Origin: Podarcis vaucheri | Lineage: Eukaryota | NCBI GenBank assembly: GCA_965113315.1 | Contig: OZ220374.1 | Length of the DNA: 64,000 nt | Reading direction: 5' to 3' (one strand) | Shown: piece by piece, positions 37,401 to 50,051 of the stretch | How positions within the stretch are numbered: the first letter of the stretch is position 1 | How the letters are laid out: every line of letters starts with the position of its first letter | Notes under the pieces: model-generated | What the model was told of the DNA's origin: nothing | Seen by the model: the letters and a program-made list of their open reading frames with translations, nothing else | Databases searched by the model: none | Made by a program: the position numbers and the translations under genes

Positions 37401-39137
37401 TCCTGTTTCTGACTTTAATTATGCTGGTTGGGTTGGTGGAGTCACTGATTATGCAGTAAGATTCAGACCTATTGAAAATCCATGCTGATAAACAGAGAGA
37501 AGATCTGAGCTGCAAAAAGCCTATAGTTACAGCGGAAAATAAAGGAAATGAAATATTACAATGCCTGAAAAGGAGCATCAGCCTCAAGAGTTTCAATTCT
37601 AGTAATAAGAGCACTGACAGATTGACACTTGACTGATTCCTCCCAGAAGCTTTACAAACCATGATGCAGTTCACACAGAAGTCTCTCTTCCCTAAAGCAA
37701 ACATAAGACTCAGTGGTAGCCAAGATGCAGGGACATTGTGACCTGTGCCACTAATATCCCAGTTAGGCAGTCCAGAAAGATAAGATACTGATAGGTTAAA
37801 AAAGAAAAAAGAAAATAGGGTCATGTTCCTCCTGCTCATCTCCTAGCACTGATAATCTGCAAGGGCAACTAAGGCAATTTCAGTTTCAAAGTAAGTGCAA
37901 AAAACAGATTTCAAGATCTAAATGAGTTTCCTCACAAAACCTGGAGTGGGGTTTTCACCACTTAAAATACACTCTTCCAATGCTAAATCTAAAACACTGA
38001 ACAACAAAGCTTCCTATTAGGGCAGAGGAAATGCGTCATCTAATACTAAGAATCACCCTTGTTCAATTCACCTGATCCAAGACCCACATGCCAAATTGGT
38101 TCTTGCTGAAAACACCAACAATGTTCTATAATCCATTTGAACATTATCCAGAAGACTGTAAACCCTTTGTTAGGAATGATAGTTAATCTTTTGCCAAAAA
38201 TTATGCAGCTCATCAAGAATAAATCAAGGTATATAAAAGATTGCATCAATGTATTCAAGTCTAATTTCAGCACCCTGTCAAAAAACCTTTGAACACTGTA
38301 TTGTTTTTAATTGATACTTTCTAACCACACTTATTATAGTTGCATAGTCAGAAGACTGTACAAGAAGACAAATTTATTCTAATCTTAGGTACAAAAGTAC
38401 CTATGCAGGAAACAATTCTGTGTGTATATATATATTAATATATATTAATGGCCAGACTTTCTGATTTAACAGCCAAAACTTTAACAATATTCCTGATTAT
38501 GTTGTGTGTGACTAAGTAACTGCTAATGTCTGAAGGAAAAGATGGGTCCAACCAAAAATGTGACTACAATCTTTCATATGAGCAGAACAACAGATTTTCA
38601 ATCTGTACAGCTGTAAGTGGTATGTCATCATCAGTGGCTAAATTTAGATGTCTAAAAACTTGGCTATCTCCATCCTTTTTCAGGGGGAAAACTTTTTTCC
38701 TTCCAAATTTCAAACTGAGAGCTGCAAATGCATGTACTATTTTGATTATTAAATAAATTTTATTGGAAAGAACAATAGCAGTGCTTGCTTCCAAGAGACT
38801 GCCAACTGAGGAAGTGAACATACTAAAGAAAGTTGAAGTGCTTCTGAAAAGGAAAATTTTTAACAATTTTTCAATGAATCCACATTCCTTTAAAATTAAT
38901 TTTCTCATCTCAATCTACCACTGTAAGAAGTGGGGTTCATGTCTTTTGTTGTCTCAGTATGATACATAATGGGACATCAGACATGAGTATTTTAAAAACA
39001 AAACAAAACATGCTGTTTCTTGTATTTAGCCACATCAATTAACTTACAATCGTCAAAAACTGCTGATGAGGGAAGTGGTCTAAAGTTTACTATTTAAATC
39101 AAACTGTTTGGGCTTTTTCAGTATTAAAATGTGATTA

Positions 39138-39392
39138 CAGTCATACCCAGGGTTACAGAGGCTTCAGGTTGCATTTTTTCTGGTTACAGAATCGCCGAAA
39201 TCTGGAAGAATGGGTTACTTCCTGGTTTCAGCAGTTGTGCATGCACAGAAGCGCTAAATCACACTTTGCACATACACAGAAGCGCCGAATCACAACCCGT
39301 GTGTGCACAGACGTGCTGCTGTGGATTGTGAACGCTGTGGGTTGCGAACTTGCATCCCGCATGGATCACGTTCGCAACCCGAGCATCCACTG
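39138..39392. mobile_element. Tigger-like MITE
   Basis: TA|CAGTCATACCCAGGGTTAC...GCAACCCGAGCATCCACTG|TA, imperfect TIRs. Confidence 0.7.
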
Positions 39393-40879
39393 TAAAGCTC
39401 CCCTGTGCTGGAAAACAGATATCCACATTTAGTTTGTTAAAACAATTATCTGAAAGGCAGATTAGAGTGTGTCAGACAATTTGTACATTTAATTTGTATC
39501 AAACTCAGATTTCTCAGGTGGTGGAAAACAGCCAGTCTTACCTGGCATAGTCATCAGTTTAGCTGTAGGAATCCCAAAAATGAACCACTGTTCAGCTAAG
39601 AAGCTCAATTAATACACTGGACAAGTCTGGCTTAAACACTGTCGTAAGCTCCTCAGAGGAAAGAATCCAGCAAGAGCTATAGCTGAAGCTTGTGTCATCC
39701 AACATAGGATGGCTTTTCTGCCAAACCCTGCCTACACAGGTTGATGAAAGTGTGTCATGTGGCAACTGTTGACTGAGCTACTATGTAAGACTGATTAGCA
39801 GCATCCTGTTTTGTGTTAGTTCAGTCTTAAATATTTTCATATTTCTTGTCTAATTACATTCCAAACAATCTAAAGCTGCATTCCTAACCCCAATTACCTG
39901 GTAGCCTCATTAACTCAATAGGACTTACGAGTAAACAATGTCATTCATACAAAGCCATTAAATAAGTAGGAGCCCTTGGTTGATTTCCTGCATTCTCCCT
40001 AGTTCTGTTCCAGGCTTTCTGCCTTCACTCTAGCAGTTAAGTCTGCTTGCTTAAATCACTTGCTTTTCAAGCATCTTCTAGAAACTGGTGTCTTGCTCAC
40101 TCATACTTGTGGGGCAGCTTGGAACCTAGACCAATTTTTTGACAAGAGTACCTGATGTAGTTGAGGTCTGAACAAGGAGCACACACCACACAAATGTAAA
40201 CCTTTATTGTACCTTCAAATGGTTTGGGCTCTCATTTCCAGAACCAGGCAGAAGTAAAATACATGGCTGCCCAGACCCCATTAACCAAGAAAATTATGTG
40301 AATGAACTGAAAAGGAAGTTAAGGGAATCATGCCAAGGGTTTAGAGAAGATGATATTCTGGACATATTTCAAAAGGGAAGTATGCTAGTGTAGAAGAAGA
40401 AAGTTAAGGGAACTTCAGAGGCTGGGTCATTTGGAACAGGAGGAGACAATTTTGTATCATAAACAGAAAGATCTGGCTACAATCTTGTAACCAATTCAGT
40501 CATATGGTTATAGTGAACTGAAATGGAACAAATCAGAAATGCTACACAAACAAGAGAGTAACTTAACACATTCATATGGCAACTCATGATAGGCACAAAT
40601 AGAAAGTCAACCAAACCAGAAAAAACTCAAATAGTGCCGAGAATCTGCTAACAGTCCAATCCTAATCATGTTTGCTCAGAAATATTTCAATGGTACTTAC
40701 TTCAAAAGAAGCAAGTAAGTTTAGGATTGCAGCTTAAGTCTCCTAGCAACAACAATAATACTATTTAGTTCAACATGTATGTGGGCAGGGTATCAGTCAT
40801 TCAATTTCAAGGAGAACAGCACCAGAAAGAAAGAGAATTGGCTTAAAAAAAAACAACCTAAATATGTACAGTTGAGAAT

Positions 40880-41240
40880 CCGATTACAGCAGAGAGCATG
40901 GGAATTACTAAAGGATTAAATAGGAGGCACTTCTTCATGTGTCTTCTCCATGAGAGGTGTGGAGGTGGCAATGTGAAAAAAGGCCTTTTCTGCAGTGGCT
41001 TTCCATTTGTGCAATGCTCTCCCCAGGGAGGTTCAGCTAGCACTTTCATTATATAGCTCTTCAACCATAAAATGATTAACATCTTATGCCCTTTTAAATG
41101 TGTTTGCGGGAGGGGGGTTACTGGTTTGTTTTGTGCTTGTTATTATGTATTATATATTTTATCTTGTATTTTTATGTTGTGAACCGCCTCAAGATCAACA
41201 GATGAAGGGCGGTATACAAATTTAATAAATAAATAATAAA
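40880..41240 (+). mobile_element. L2 LINE 3' end
   Basis: TGTGAACCGCC...GATGAAGGGCGGTATACAAAT followed by an (AATA)n tail. Confidence 0.65.
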
Positions 41241-42886
41241 ACTGAAGATTGATGCAAAGGAAAAGAAATACATGTATCCAATCAAATTATGAAGATCCAT
41301 ATTCACTTGATAGACCAGGTAACCCAGGCAAACCTGCATCTGTATCACTGGTGCAAATATCATGCATTCTGGAAAATCAAGACCTCAGTTGACGAAGGAC
41401 AAATGCCAGAAAATACCAATATACCGGTAATTAAACAGAGCCAAGGAAGAGCTACAAAGCAAAGGAAGACTTTATAGAAGGAAAAACCTTCTCCAAATTG
41501 ATGAAACGGAAGAACACAACTCTAGCAAGGTAACTATATTTTAAAGGGCACCAAGATGTCTGTTTAAGAACACTCAGTAGCAGCACTAACTCAGAACACA
41601 GAAAGGATTAGATGAAGGTCATAAAAGCAACCCTGAAAAACCTTAATTTAAAAATTATATTTGCTTCATCACAGACACTACTGAAGAAAAATAACCACAT
41701 AAGCTACAATTTTGTCAATACAACAGAATCATACATTCATGTAGAGGGAATAAAGGGAAAGGGAAATCAATTAAACTGTAAGAAAGCATAAGAATCAGGT
41801 GTCACTTTAAATCTGAAATGGCAAGGCAATTTAACTTTTAACAAAATCTTAGCCCCTATCAGACAATAGAAGGTAGCCAGCACAAAACTTTCAAAAAGAA
41901 CCCAGGGAGCTATCAGTACACAGGACATCAACCAAACATTTGACAAGCATTATGGGGGAAACCACCAAGGCAAGAATTGTTCAAAATAGATGTACATGCC
42001 ATGTATAGAAGTGTCAGCACAGCTTCAGCAAAGTAAGTAACATCCCACCAAACTATCTAAATTCTCCAAGGGTTTCAGCAAAATGAACTCCATATACTGG
42101 GTTTTTCAGAATATTTTTTTATGAAAAGTCCTTCTAACAAACAATTTCCAGTGCAGTTTGGGTGTAGCTAAAAGCATTTTAATCCACAACCCTTAACATT
42201 TTACTCTAACATTGTTTTTTCTGCATGTTTTGGAGGCTTTGTACAGTTCCTTTGTTCACAATACATGCATAACTCCTCTAAGTTTGACTGAATTATTATT
42301 TGCATTTGGGGAATATGTGAGCCCCATTAGATGCTGCTGACTCTGCTTGGTATGCAAAATAATTAAGAGGAAGAGAAAACTAAAACAGAGGCCAAGAGCC
42401 AAATACCACTTATGGGTGTAGTTTTCCAGCACCTTATCTTCCAATGGCATATAGTTCACCCCTGAAAGCTGCTCCTGAAGGTTTTGCATCCTCCACAGCA
42501 AGATTTAACATGATGATAGGAAAAACTGATATCCCCCATGCCAAGTGCAATAAAGTTCTTTCAACCAAAACAATGCAGAGCAAAGGTCATCACTCCTGCT
42601 TCTAATAGTAGTTTCTAGGTCATTGTGCTAGGCAATAAGTCAGCTCCTAGTAATCAAGATCTTCTGTAAGACAACTCAGTACATTTGTTTCTCTGAGATA
42701 CATTTTGACCAAACTTCCCTTTGCATTACAAGACTGATCTGTGGTACGAACCACTGAATAAGGTTGGTATTCTATGCAAGCTTTTTTGCCAGCTCTTACA
42801 TCAAAGGCTCTCTTATATAAACTGCGCCTTGATATCATCTGATGTATTCATTCATGAAAAGCCTCTCACCAAAGAACCAGCAGCCA

Positions 42887-42890
<4 letters not shown>

Positions 42891-42941
<51 letters not shown>

Positions 42942-43043
42942 GGTTTTGGTGTCTTCGGGTGTCTTCCCGTGTAAGAGTCGGGGTGTCTGTGCACCCGAAG
43001 ACACCAAAACCTGCATTCCTGTACCCGTGAAAATCTACGAAAG

Positions 43044-43093
<50 letters not shown>
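42891..43093. mobile_element. Penelope-like remnant with a 25-bp inverted repeat, embedded in (TA)n
   Basis: ~105-bp insert between two long (TA)n tracts; arms at 42937-42961 and 42992-43016; ends CCCGTGAAAATCTACGAAAGC. Confidence 0.55.
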
Positions 43094-43101
<8 letters not shown>

Positions 43102-43535
43102 TTATCTGAGTCAGCCATATCTATATAAGATCTGTCTAACAATTAAAGGCATGTCCTAAGTAGGTTTGTTAACTGCTGTTACTTTCATCATTTGGACTGA
43201 CTGGGTGTATGGAGTGCCTTAAATTAGCAGAATCTTGGCTGACTGAACATTTGTAAGGGTTGTCAGTAACTAGTGTTTGGATAACCCCAGAGTAACATGT
43301 AGCCCAGCCTTCTCCAGGTGATCTCCAGTTGTAGTCCAGCAACATCTGGAGGAACACAGGTTCACAGTGCCTGGCAAGTAAGGTGGGTTTATAAGAGTCT
43401 TACTGAATTAGCTAAAGTCAGTTTTTAGTTTCCTTTATTATTTGGAATGCTGAAACTACTTCAATGCTACACTACTTGCTACTGTAATAGGAAAGGCTGT
43501 CAAGCTAATTATTGCCATCCAGAATATCTTTAGAT

Positions 43536-43671
43536 CAGGACTTCCCAAACTTGGGTCTCCAGCTGCTTTTGGATTATAATTTCCATCATCCCTGACCACT
43601 GTTCATGCTAGCTAGGGCTGATGGGAATTGTAGTCCAACAACAACTGGAGGCCCAAATTTGGGAAACCCTG
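43536..43671. mobile_element. hAT MITE (same internal family as 1187-1322)
   Basis: 136 bp, TIRs, perfect TSD ctttagat. Confidence 0.85.
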
Positions 43672-46479
43672 CTTTAGATGTATAGTCACTTAGCATGGCT
43701 GTGAAAACAACTTCTGGTCTAACCCAATCTAGGTGGGCAATGTCAAGTTACAACTGCCTTTTCTAACCCTCCAAAAGTATTTCACTGCTTTAAAGAAGGG
43801 AAGGGGACCCCCCCCTGGTGACTGCCAGATAGCTGGACTGTAACTCCCATCATTGCTGGTGCTGGGTGGAAATGATGTGAGTTATAGTTCAGCAACATCT
43901 GGAAGTCGCCCAGTTCCCAATCCTTGCTTTAAACTGATGATTAACACACAGATAATGTCAACTTAAGATTTAATTTCAGGATATGCACCAAAGGACACAT
44001 AAGAAGTTCCAGTGAAACACACTTATTTCAAGTACAGTATTTAAAGTTAATATTTTTTAAATTGATACAAAACATTTGATGAAATTTTGTGACTTTATTA
44101 TTGTATCTATTCCATTTCATTTATTAACATCAGCATTCCAATGAAATGTTTTTCAAGAGCCCTATTGATTGTCTACTATGTATAGATTCAGGCCATTGTA
44201 TTACCATGTGTGTACAAAACTCACAGGCCAGTGACATAAGAGAATGACTTATTCAATTGGATTTTGTGTGACAAAAGACAATGAGACAAACACATCACAC
44301 ATTTGACAAAGATATACGATTGGCAAACACACCACAGGGCATTGTATCAATGCAGTGCCAATTTGCAGAACTACTAGTCTTTACTAACACCCACTTTCAT
44401 AAGCAGTATATTGCACTATGGCTCCAGCTTTCAAGTTTAAGAAAGGAACACCATCATAAGGCAATGATTCTGGGGATTGCAACATGTTCTGGTAGCATTT
44501 CAATCCCCCCAACACACTATTACCACACAAGTCAATATATCATTTGTCAGTTTACAACATTTAAAAGTGTTCATACCCTTGAGACCCCCCACTAGATCCC
44601 ACTATGCCTTTTTCTCAAAACTCGAAACTATGACACCGAACGGATATCATATTCCATATTTACATGTTTTTACTTATCGTACATACACAGTGCACCCTCC
44701 CCAAGTAGGCTAAAAATGATTGAGAAAGCAAACAAGACACAAGAAGAAGTCTAAGGTCTAAAATCGGCTTATCCAACAGCCCCCTAGATACTTCAAATTC
44801 CATATTCATGCTATCTGAAAATACTTTCTCTCCAAACATAATATTCACTTGTCCTTTTTGCAGCAATCAACAGCTGCATACTAATAATGTGCTATGATCT
44901 ACAAGTTGCTTTGATAATTTAAATCTTATCCAAATGTGCCTGAGCATGCACTGAAACCTGGAAATCATTGTGAAAATAAAATTCATCCCTAGATGCACAG
45001 CTTTCCACATATGTCATTTATTTATTTCAACAGTATTTATATACAGCATAATTTTTTTCAACCCTCTAAGCAGTTTGCATAAAACGACTTCTTCTTATCA
45101 ATGTTTTCTGACAAGGAATTATTTTCAATGAGCTGTTAAATAATATCAAAAAATTATATATGAATACATATCTAACACTGCAATTCATTAATAAAGCTTG
45201 CAACACACCTGCTTAGACACGTCTTCATCAGGATTTTAGGCTAATACGTGAGACATCATTTTTTCTTCCACACAGCCATTCCCTTTAATGAAAGGGAATA
45301 GGAAGTTAATTAATACATGATACAAATTTATTGCCATTTGTAAATACAGCTGCTTCATTTAGAAGAAACACTATTGTACCAATTTTACAAGAGCTATTCA
45401 GGCTTTTCATAAAGATTTTTGGCTTGCAAAATTTGTCCCAGTACAGCAGACAGTCACTTCTTCAGGGTTCTGTCAGTCTCCATATTAAATTATTGACAAC
45501 ATAAATATGGTCAGAATAACGATCCAAGAGTAAAACTCTAGATATGATCAAGGCTCAGATGAGACAGTGTACATACAGTGAAATATTGAGATGTCACTGT
45601 AATATTAATATACAAAAGACAGTTACTAAAAGGAACATTTAACAAAATTAAGTGGCCTATATATCCAAAAACAAACTCCATTATCATTCAGGGCACAATG
45701 CCCTGCTGCAATAAACATCTAGCTCTAATTAATAATTTCCAAGTAGTCCACAAACAGCAAAAAGGAGATGGTTGAACCGTCTACCATTTTATCAGCTTAT
45801 ATATCAAGTACAAGATTATTAGAATGACAGAGAACAGTAGCTAGCCTTTTAGAAACAACCCCTCACTGACATGATAGAAGCCATCAGCCATAATAAGAAC
45901 ATTATGACAGTCATCCAATAAACAGATACTAGTGGTTCAAATACAATATACCAGAATTTGCTCAAAGCTTCCTCTAGTCCAAAGGTCTATTTATAGTTAC
46001 CCTGCCTATGTTCAGTTTCCAAAGGCCCCTCCTCTTCCCAAAGCCAATAAAATGAAGTTTAATGGATGGATGTAATCCTGAGCTCTGTGCAGCAGAATTG
46101 GAAAGAAGCTCTGCAGCACCAGTCATCCAGATCGCTGCACCTAGCTCAAACAGGTGAAAAGGAACCACATAACCAGATCACCACCACTGATTCTACCACG
46201 AGCCAAACGTGATTATCTTATACTGCTGTGTCGTCAGAGCATTAATTTAAATGACGCCCGCCCTTCCTTCTGTCAGCAATAGCCACAACCAATTGGCGGA
46301 AAGCCAGAAGCAAGTCCACTCCATTCAGAGCCCAGCCCAATTTACAACATCCATGCAGGGTTTTTTCCCCCCATTCACATTTTGTGCCTTAAGTAAAACT
46401 ATTTCAACTGCTGTGGCGTGAGAGGCACCCAAGAGTTAAAATCCCAAAAAATTGGGGGGGGGCGGGGGTGGGTTAGTGG

Positions 46480-48470
46480 GTGGGAGAAAGCTTCGCTCTA
46501 CAGTTTCGTAAGGACGAAGCCGATCACACCAAGAAAGCATGATCAAGCCAAAGAACCGACTGGCTCCCTTCCGCTCCCCCCCCCCCCGTATAGCAACACC
46601 CTGGGCACTCAAGAATTGCTACCGTGGGAGGGGGGGGGCGCCGGCACGTTGCCACCCGCAACCCCCCACCTCGCTGCATTTGTGGCGGATTGCAACACTT
46701 ACCTACCTTCTTTCCCCCCCCCCGCAGCCTCCCTTCCCCCGCGGCCAATCCACGCGCTCGCCCTGCCTCCCGCCCTCCTGAGCTCCAAATCCAGCGAGGT
46801 GACAGCACCGCCGTGGCAATCGCAGCCCACCCACCACCCTTTTTCTCTCCCTTTCCACCTTCAGTTTCAATGCGGATCGCAGCCACCGGTTTCCCCACCA
46901 CCACCACCAACCCAAAAAATAAATTAATAACTAACAGCCCAACAAAATACGTGCCTTTCACCTGGTGGAAGAAGCCAAGATTTTTGGGGAAGGGAAAGAA
47001 GAGCGCGCGGGAGCGACTCTTGGGTGGGTGGGATTTGTCCCCACGCCGCCCCGAGGATTTGCTGGAGGAGGCGGGGTGAGCGAGGGAAGGGGGGGAGAGG
47101 GAGGGAGGGCGGACAGGATAATCCCGCAGAGGGCGGGGAGATAATCCCGGGCGGGAGGGAAAAGATTATCTCCCCTCCCTCCCCCCCCCCGGCAAGTATT
47201 TTCTCCTCCTCCGCCACCACCGGGGATAATCCAGGGGAGCGCTAGGAGAGGAAGGGGCCATATACGAGGCCCGACAAAAAGGCGGGGGGGGGGGCAAAAG
47301 AGAGGCGCCAGGAGCCCCTATGGCACAACGGGGAGGAGGGGGAGGAAAGGATCGTCTCTCTACCTGAGGGAGCCCCTCTCAGCACAAGGCTGGCGAGGCG
47401 AGGAGGCCGCCCCATGGCTCCCTTCGCGCGGAGAGGAGAGTCACGGGGCAGCTGCCGGCTCCTCCTCCTCCTAGTCCCACACGAGCCTCTCTTTCCTCAG
47501 CCCGAATAGTAGAGAAACTCCCGGCTCCACACACACAAACACCCACCCACACCCGGCGGGGGGGGGGGGAGCAACAGGACCGCCGCACCGCCCCTCCGCG
47601 TGGAGAGGCGCAGGCGCCCGCCCGCCCAGCCCCCGGCACAGCTCGCGCCGGACTGTTGAGAAGGCAGTTGCTGCCGTTGGGGCAGTTACCGGCGAGGCGG
47701 CCGTTGGTTGGTTGGTTGGTTCGTTGGTTCGAACGTTGGTCGGCCGGCTGCCTTGGCCTCGTCTCCCTCGCGCGCGCGCGCGCGCGCGCACCCTCCTCCT
47801 GCTCCTCAGTGGGCGCCGCTCTGCCTCAGCCCCATCTATAACGCTCTGGAAGTCTCCAGCCAGGAGCCCGCGAAACCGCCACCGCCACTACCACCGCCGG
47901 CAGCAGCAGCAGCAGCAGGGCGCACGCGCGCGCGCGTAGAGCGCTCCCTGCCTCTTGAGAGAGGCACCGTATCTGTCGCGTGTGTGGGCTCTGTGAGAGC
48001 GCGAGCGAGCGCGCGCACTCCCCACAATACACGCACAGAGGAGAAAGCGGGAAGCCCTCTCGCGCTCTCTCTCGCGCGCGCCCCGATGGAGACGCGCGCG
48101 CGAAAGTTTTCCCTCCCGTTCGGCTCGCCAATTGATCTTGCTGGGAGCGAGCGAGCGAGCGCGCGGGAAGGACGGGGGAAACCCCACCCCTTTTCTTCTA
48201 AGGCTCCTCCCCCCTTTTAACCCCTCATTTATTTATTTTTTAACAACTCGTCTTGGTGTGGGTTGGATCCAGCCTCGCTTCTCTTGGGAGCAAAGGGTTG
48301 CCTGATTGAAGAAGTAAAGCGCTGCCGCTTTTAATATCTAAGTAAACGTCGCAAGAATTTCACTGTAAATATGCCTTCTTATCAGAGCTCCCCCCCCCCA
48401 CTGCAGGGCGCGATGTGGGGGAAAGGTAGCTCGGGTTTATGTAGGCTGCGGGCACACCGTGCATTTAAAG
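46480..48470 (-). promoter_or_regulatory. CpG island: PALS2 promoter and 5' exon region
   Basis: Abrupt rise in GC and CpG ~16 kb upstream of the PALS2 ATG. Candidate minus-strand donors after 47690 (CCG|GTaact), 47364 (CAG|GTagag), 46962 (CAG|GTgaaa) and 46703 (TAG|GTaagt). Confidence 0.88.
47364..47415 (-). CDS. PALS2: Candidate alternative PALS2 first coding exon (MGRPPRLASLVLRGAPS)
   Basis: GAGCCATGG Kozak context, 52 nt to CAG|GTagag; phase 1 matches the acceptor of the MQQVL exon. Confidence 0.45.
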
Positions 48471-48922
48471 CGCATGGCTTCTCCCAAGGAATGCTGGGAG
48501 TCGTAGTTTGTGCCCCCCCTCACAGAACTACAGTTCCCAACACCTTTAAACTACAGTTCCCAGGATGCTAAAGGGAGAGACTGTGCTTTAAATGCATGGT
48601 GCATAGGCAGCTTAACCTCCCTCACAGAGTTGCTGTGAGAATAAAAGGAGGAAGAGGGAACCACCTTGAACCTGTTGTTAGGACATAAATGGTGTAATAC
48701 TAAAAATAAAATGAAAAATTAAAATGATCGTTTCTTCTTTTTATCTGAGCTAAGTGAGAATGTGCTCCTGTTGTTCATGCAGTACTTTTTTTTACACCCA
48801 AGACCGAACGTATACTCTTGACAATAAGCTCTATTGATTTCCATACAGTTCACCTTCAAATGGGTTATCACTTGTTCATAGTTTGTGTGGATGATCTTGC
48901 AATACAGCTTGTTTGTTTGTTT

Positions 48923-48923
<1 letters not shown>

Positions 48924-48964
<41 letters not shown>

Positions 48965-48972
48965 TAATAATA
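48924..48972. repeat. (AAT)n microsatellite
   Basis: Directly visible. Confidence 0.9.
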
Positions 48973-49879
48973 GCAATATTAGCATTAATAGCCATGATAA
49001 TAACAATGTGTTATAATGTTACTGTATAACAAACAAAATCCAAATGGAAAACCCTAGGCTACATGAATTATGAATAACAAATATGAGGCTTTGTTTCCCA
49101 CGTTTAAAGATCCAGGAGGATTTTCATAATCTATGGAAATGGTATTAAAAGCAGGGAAAGAGGCCGTTTTTAAAATCAGGAAACAACCATGAGGTAGCAG
49201 AGTACTTTTTCTGTTTTAGTACAGTATAGCTATACTTCCTGTTCCTATATCATTGTATACTACAGACTGGCTTCAACATGTTTTCTGACTGAACAGTCAC
49301 AAATACATTGTTCTCCCCCTTTTTTCTTGTTCAGTGAGGTCCACGCCCCAGGCCTGTGTGCCAATCTCAGATTGACACTTCTACTAAAATGGCAGACAGG
49401 TGTGCTTAGTTATTGATCTGGGGGCCCAATATGTGTGTTTTAGTGCATATCTTAACCTGATAACCTCAACAGAAATCTTGAGGGAAACAAAGTTAAGGGC
49501 TTAGAGGGAAATTTGATGAAAAGCTCTTGTGCTGTGAGCCTCTGTGCATTTCTATGTACTGAAGAAAGGGTTTGGCAGCCTACTACAATTGATTTCAATG
49601 TGGCTTTTTCCTGAGTGTGTGCAGGCATACACTCCTGAGTGTGTGCATGGCATAAGGCTCATTCAAGAAACAGAATTTATTTATTTCCAAAATGCATGTA
49701 ACAATCTCATCAATAAATATCCCCATAGCAACTTATGAGCAAGGCAATGTTAAAAATACAATACACGGTAATTCCCAAACAACAATAAAAGACAAAAACA
49801 AAATGTTCCTTGTAACAGATACAGTTTGCAACCCAGATTTAAAGCAGATGAGAGGGTGGCTGCTGTACACTATCCAAAA

Positions 49880-50051
49880 CAATTAGCTCTGTCTCTCGGT
49901 GTGCATAGGACCAGAGACATGGAGGGCAAGGGAGCTGCTGCAGTGACCTGTAACACTGTTGCCATGTTTGCCATTCTGTCAGAGAACAAGCAACAGTACA
50001 CTTGTAGCAAGTGCAAGATGGTTGTCTTGCTGGAAGAGAAGGTGTAGCAAC
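49880..50051 (+). mobile_element. CR1 ORF1 N-terminal (zinc finger/leucine zipper) fragment
   Basis: MEGKGAAAVTCNTVAMFAILSENKQQYTCSKCKMVVLLEEKV* resembles the CR1 ORF1 CxxC..CxxC motif followed by LEEKV. Confidence 0.6.

Noticed and set aside
37345-38969. 164-aa and 114-aa intronic ORFs
   Set aside because: Low-complexity L/F/S composition typical of AT-rich intron, with no recognisable homology.
40230-41700. Purine-rich, coding-looking + strand stretch
   Set aside because: Many stops in the frames I read and no identifiable motif; likely a decayed retroelement that I cannot classify.
46418-48220. Many Arg/Ala/Pro/Gly-rich ORFs
   Set aside because: Expected stop-codon scarcity in a CpG island.
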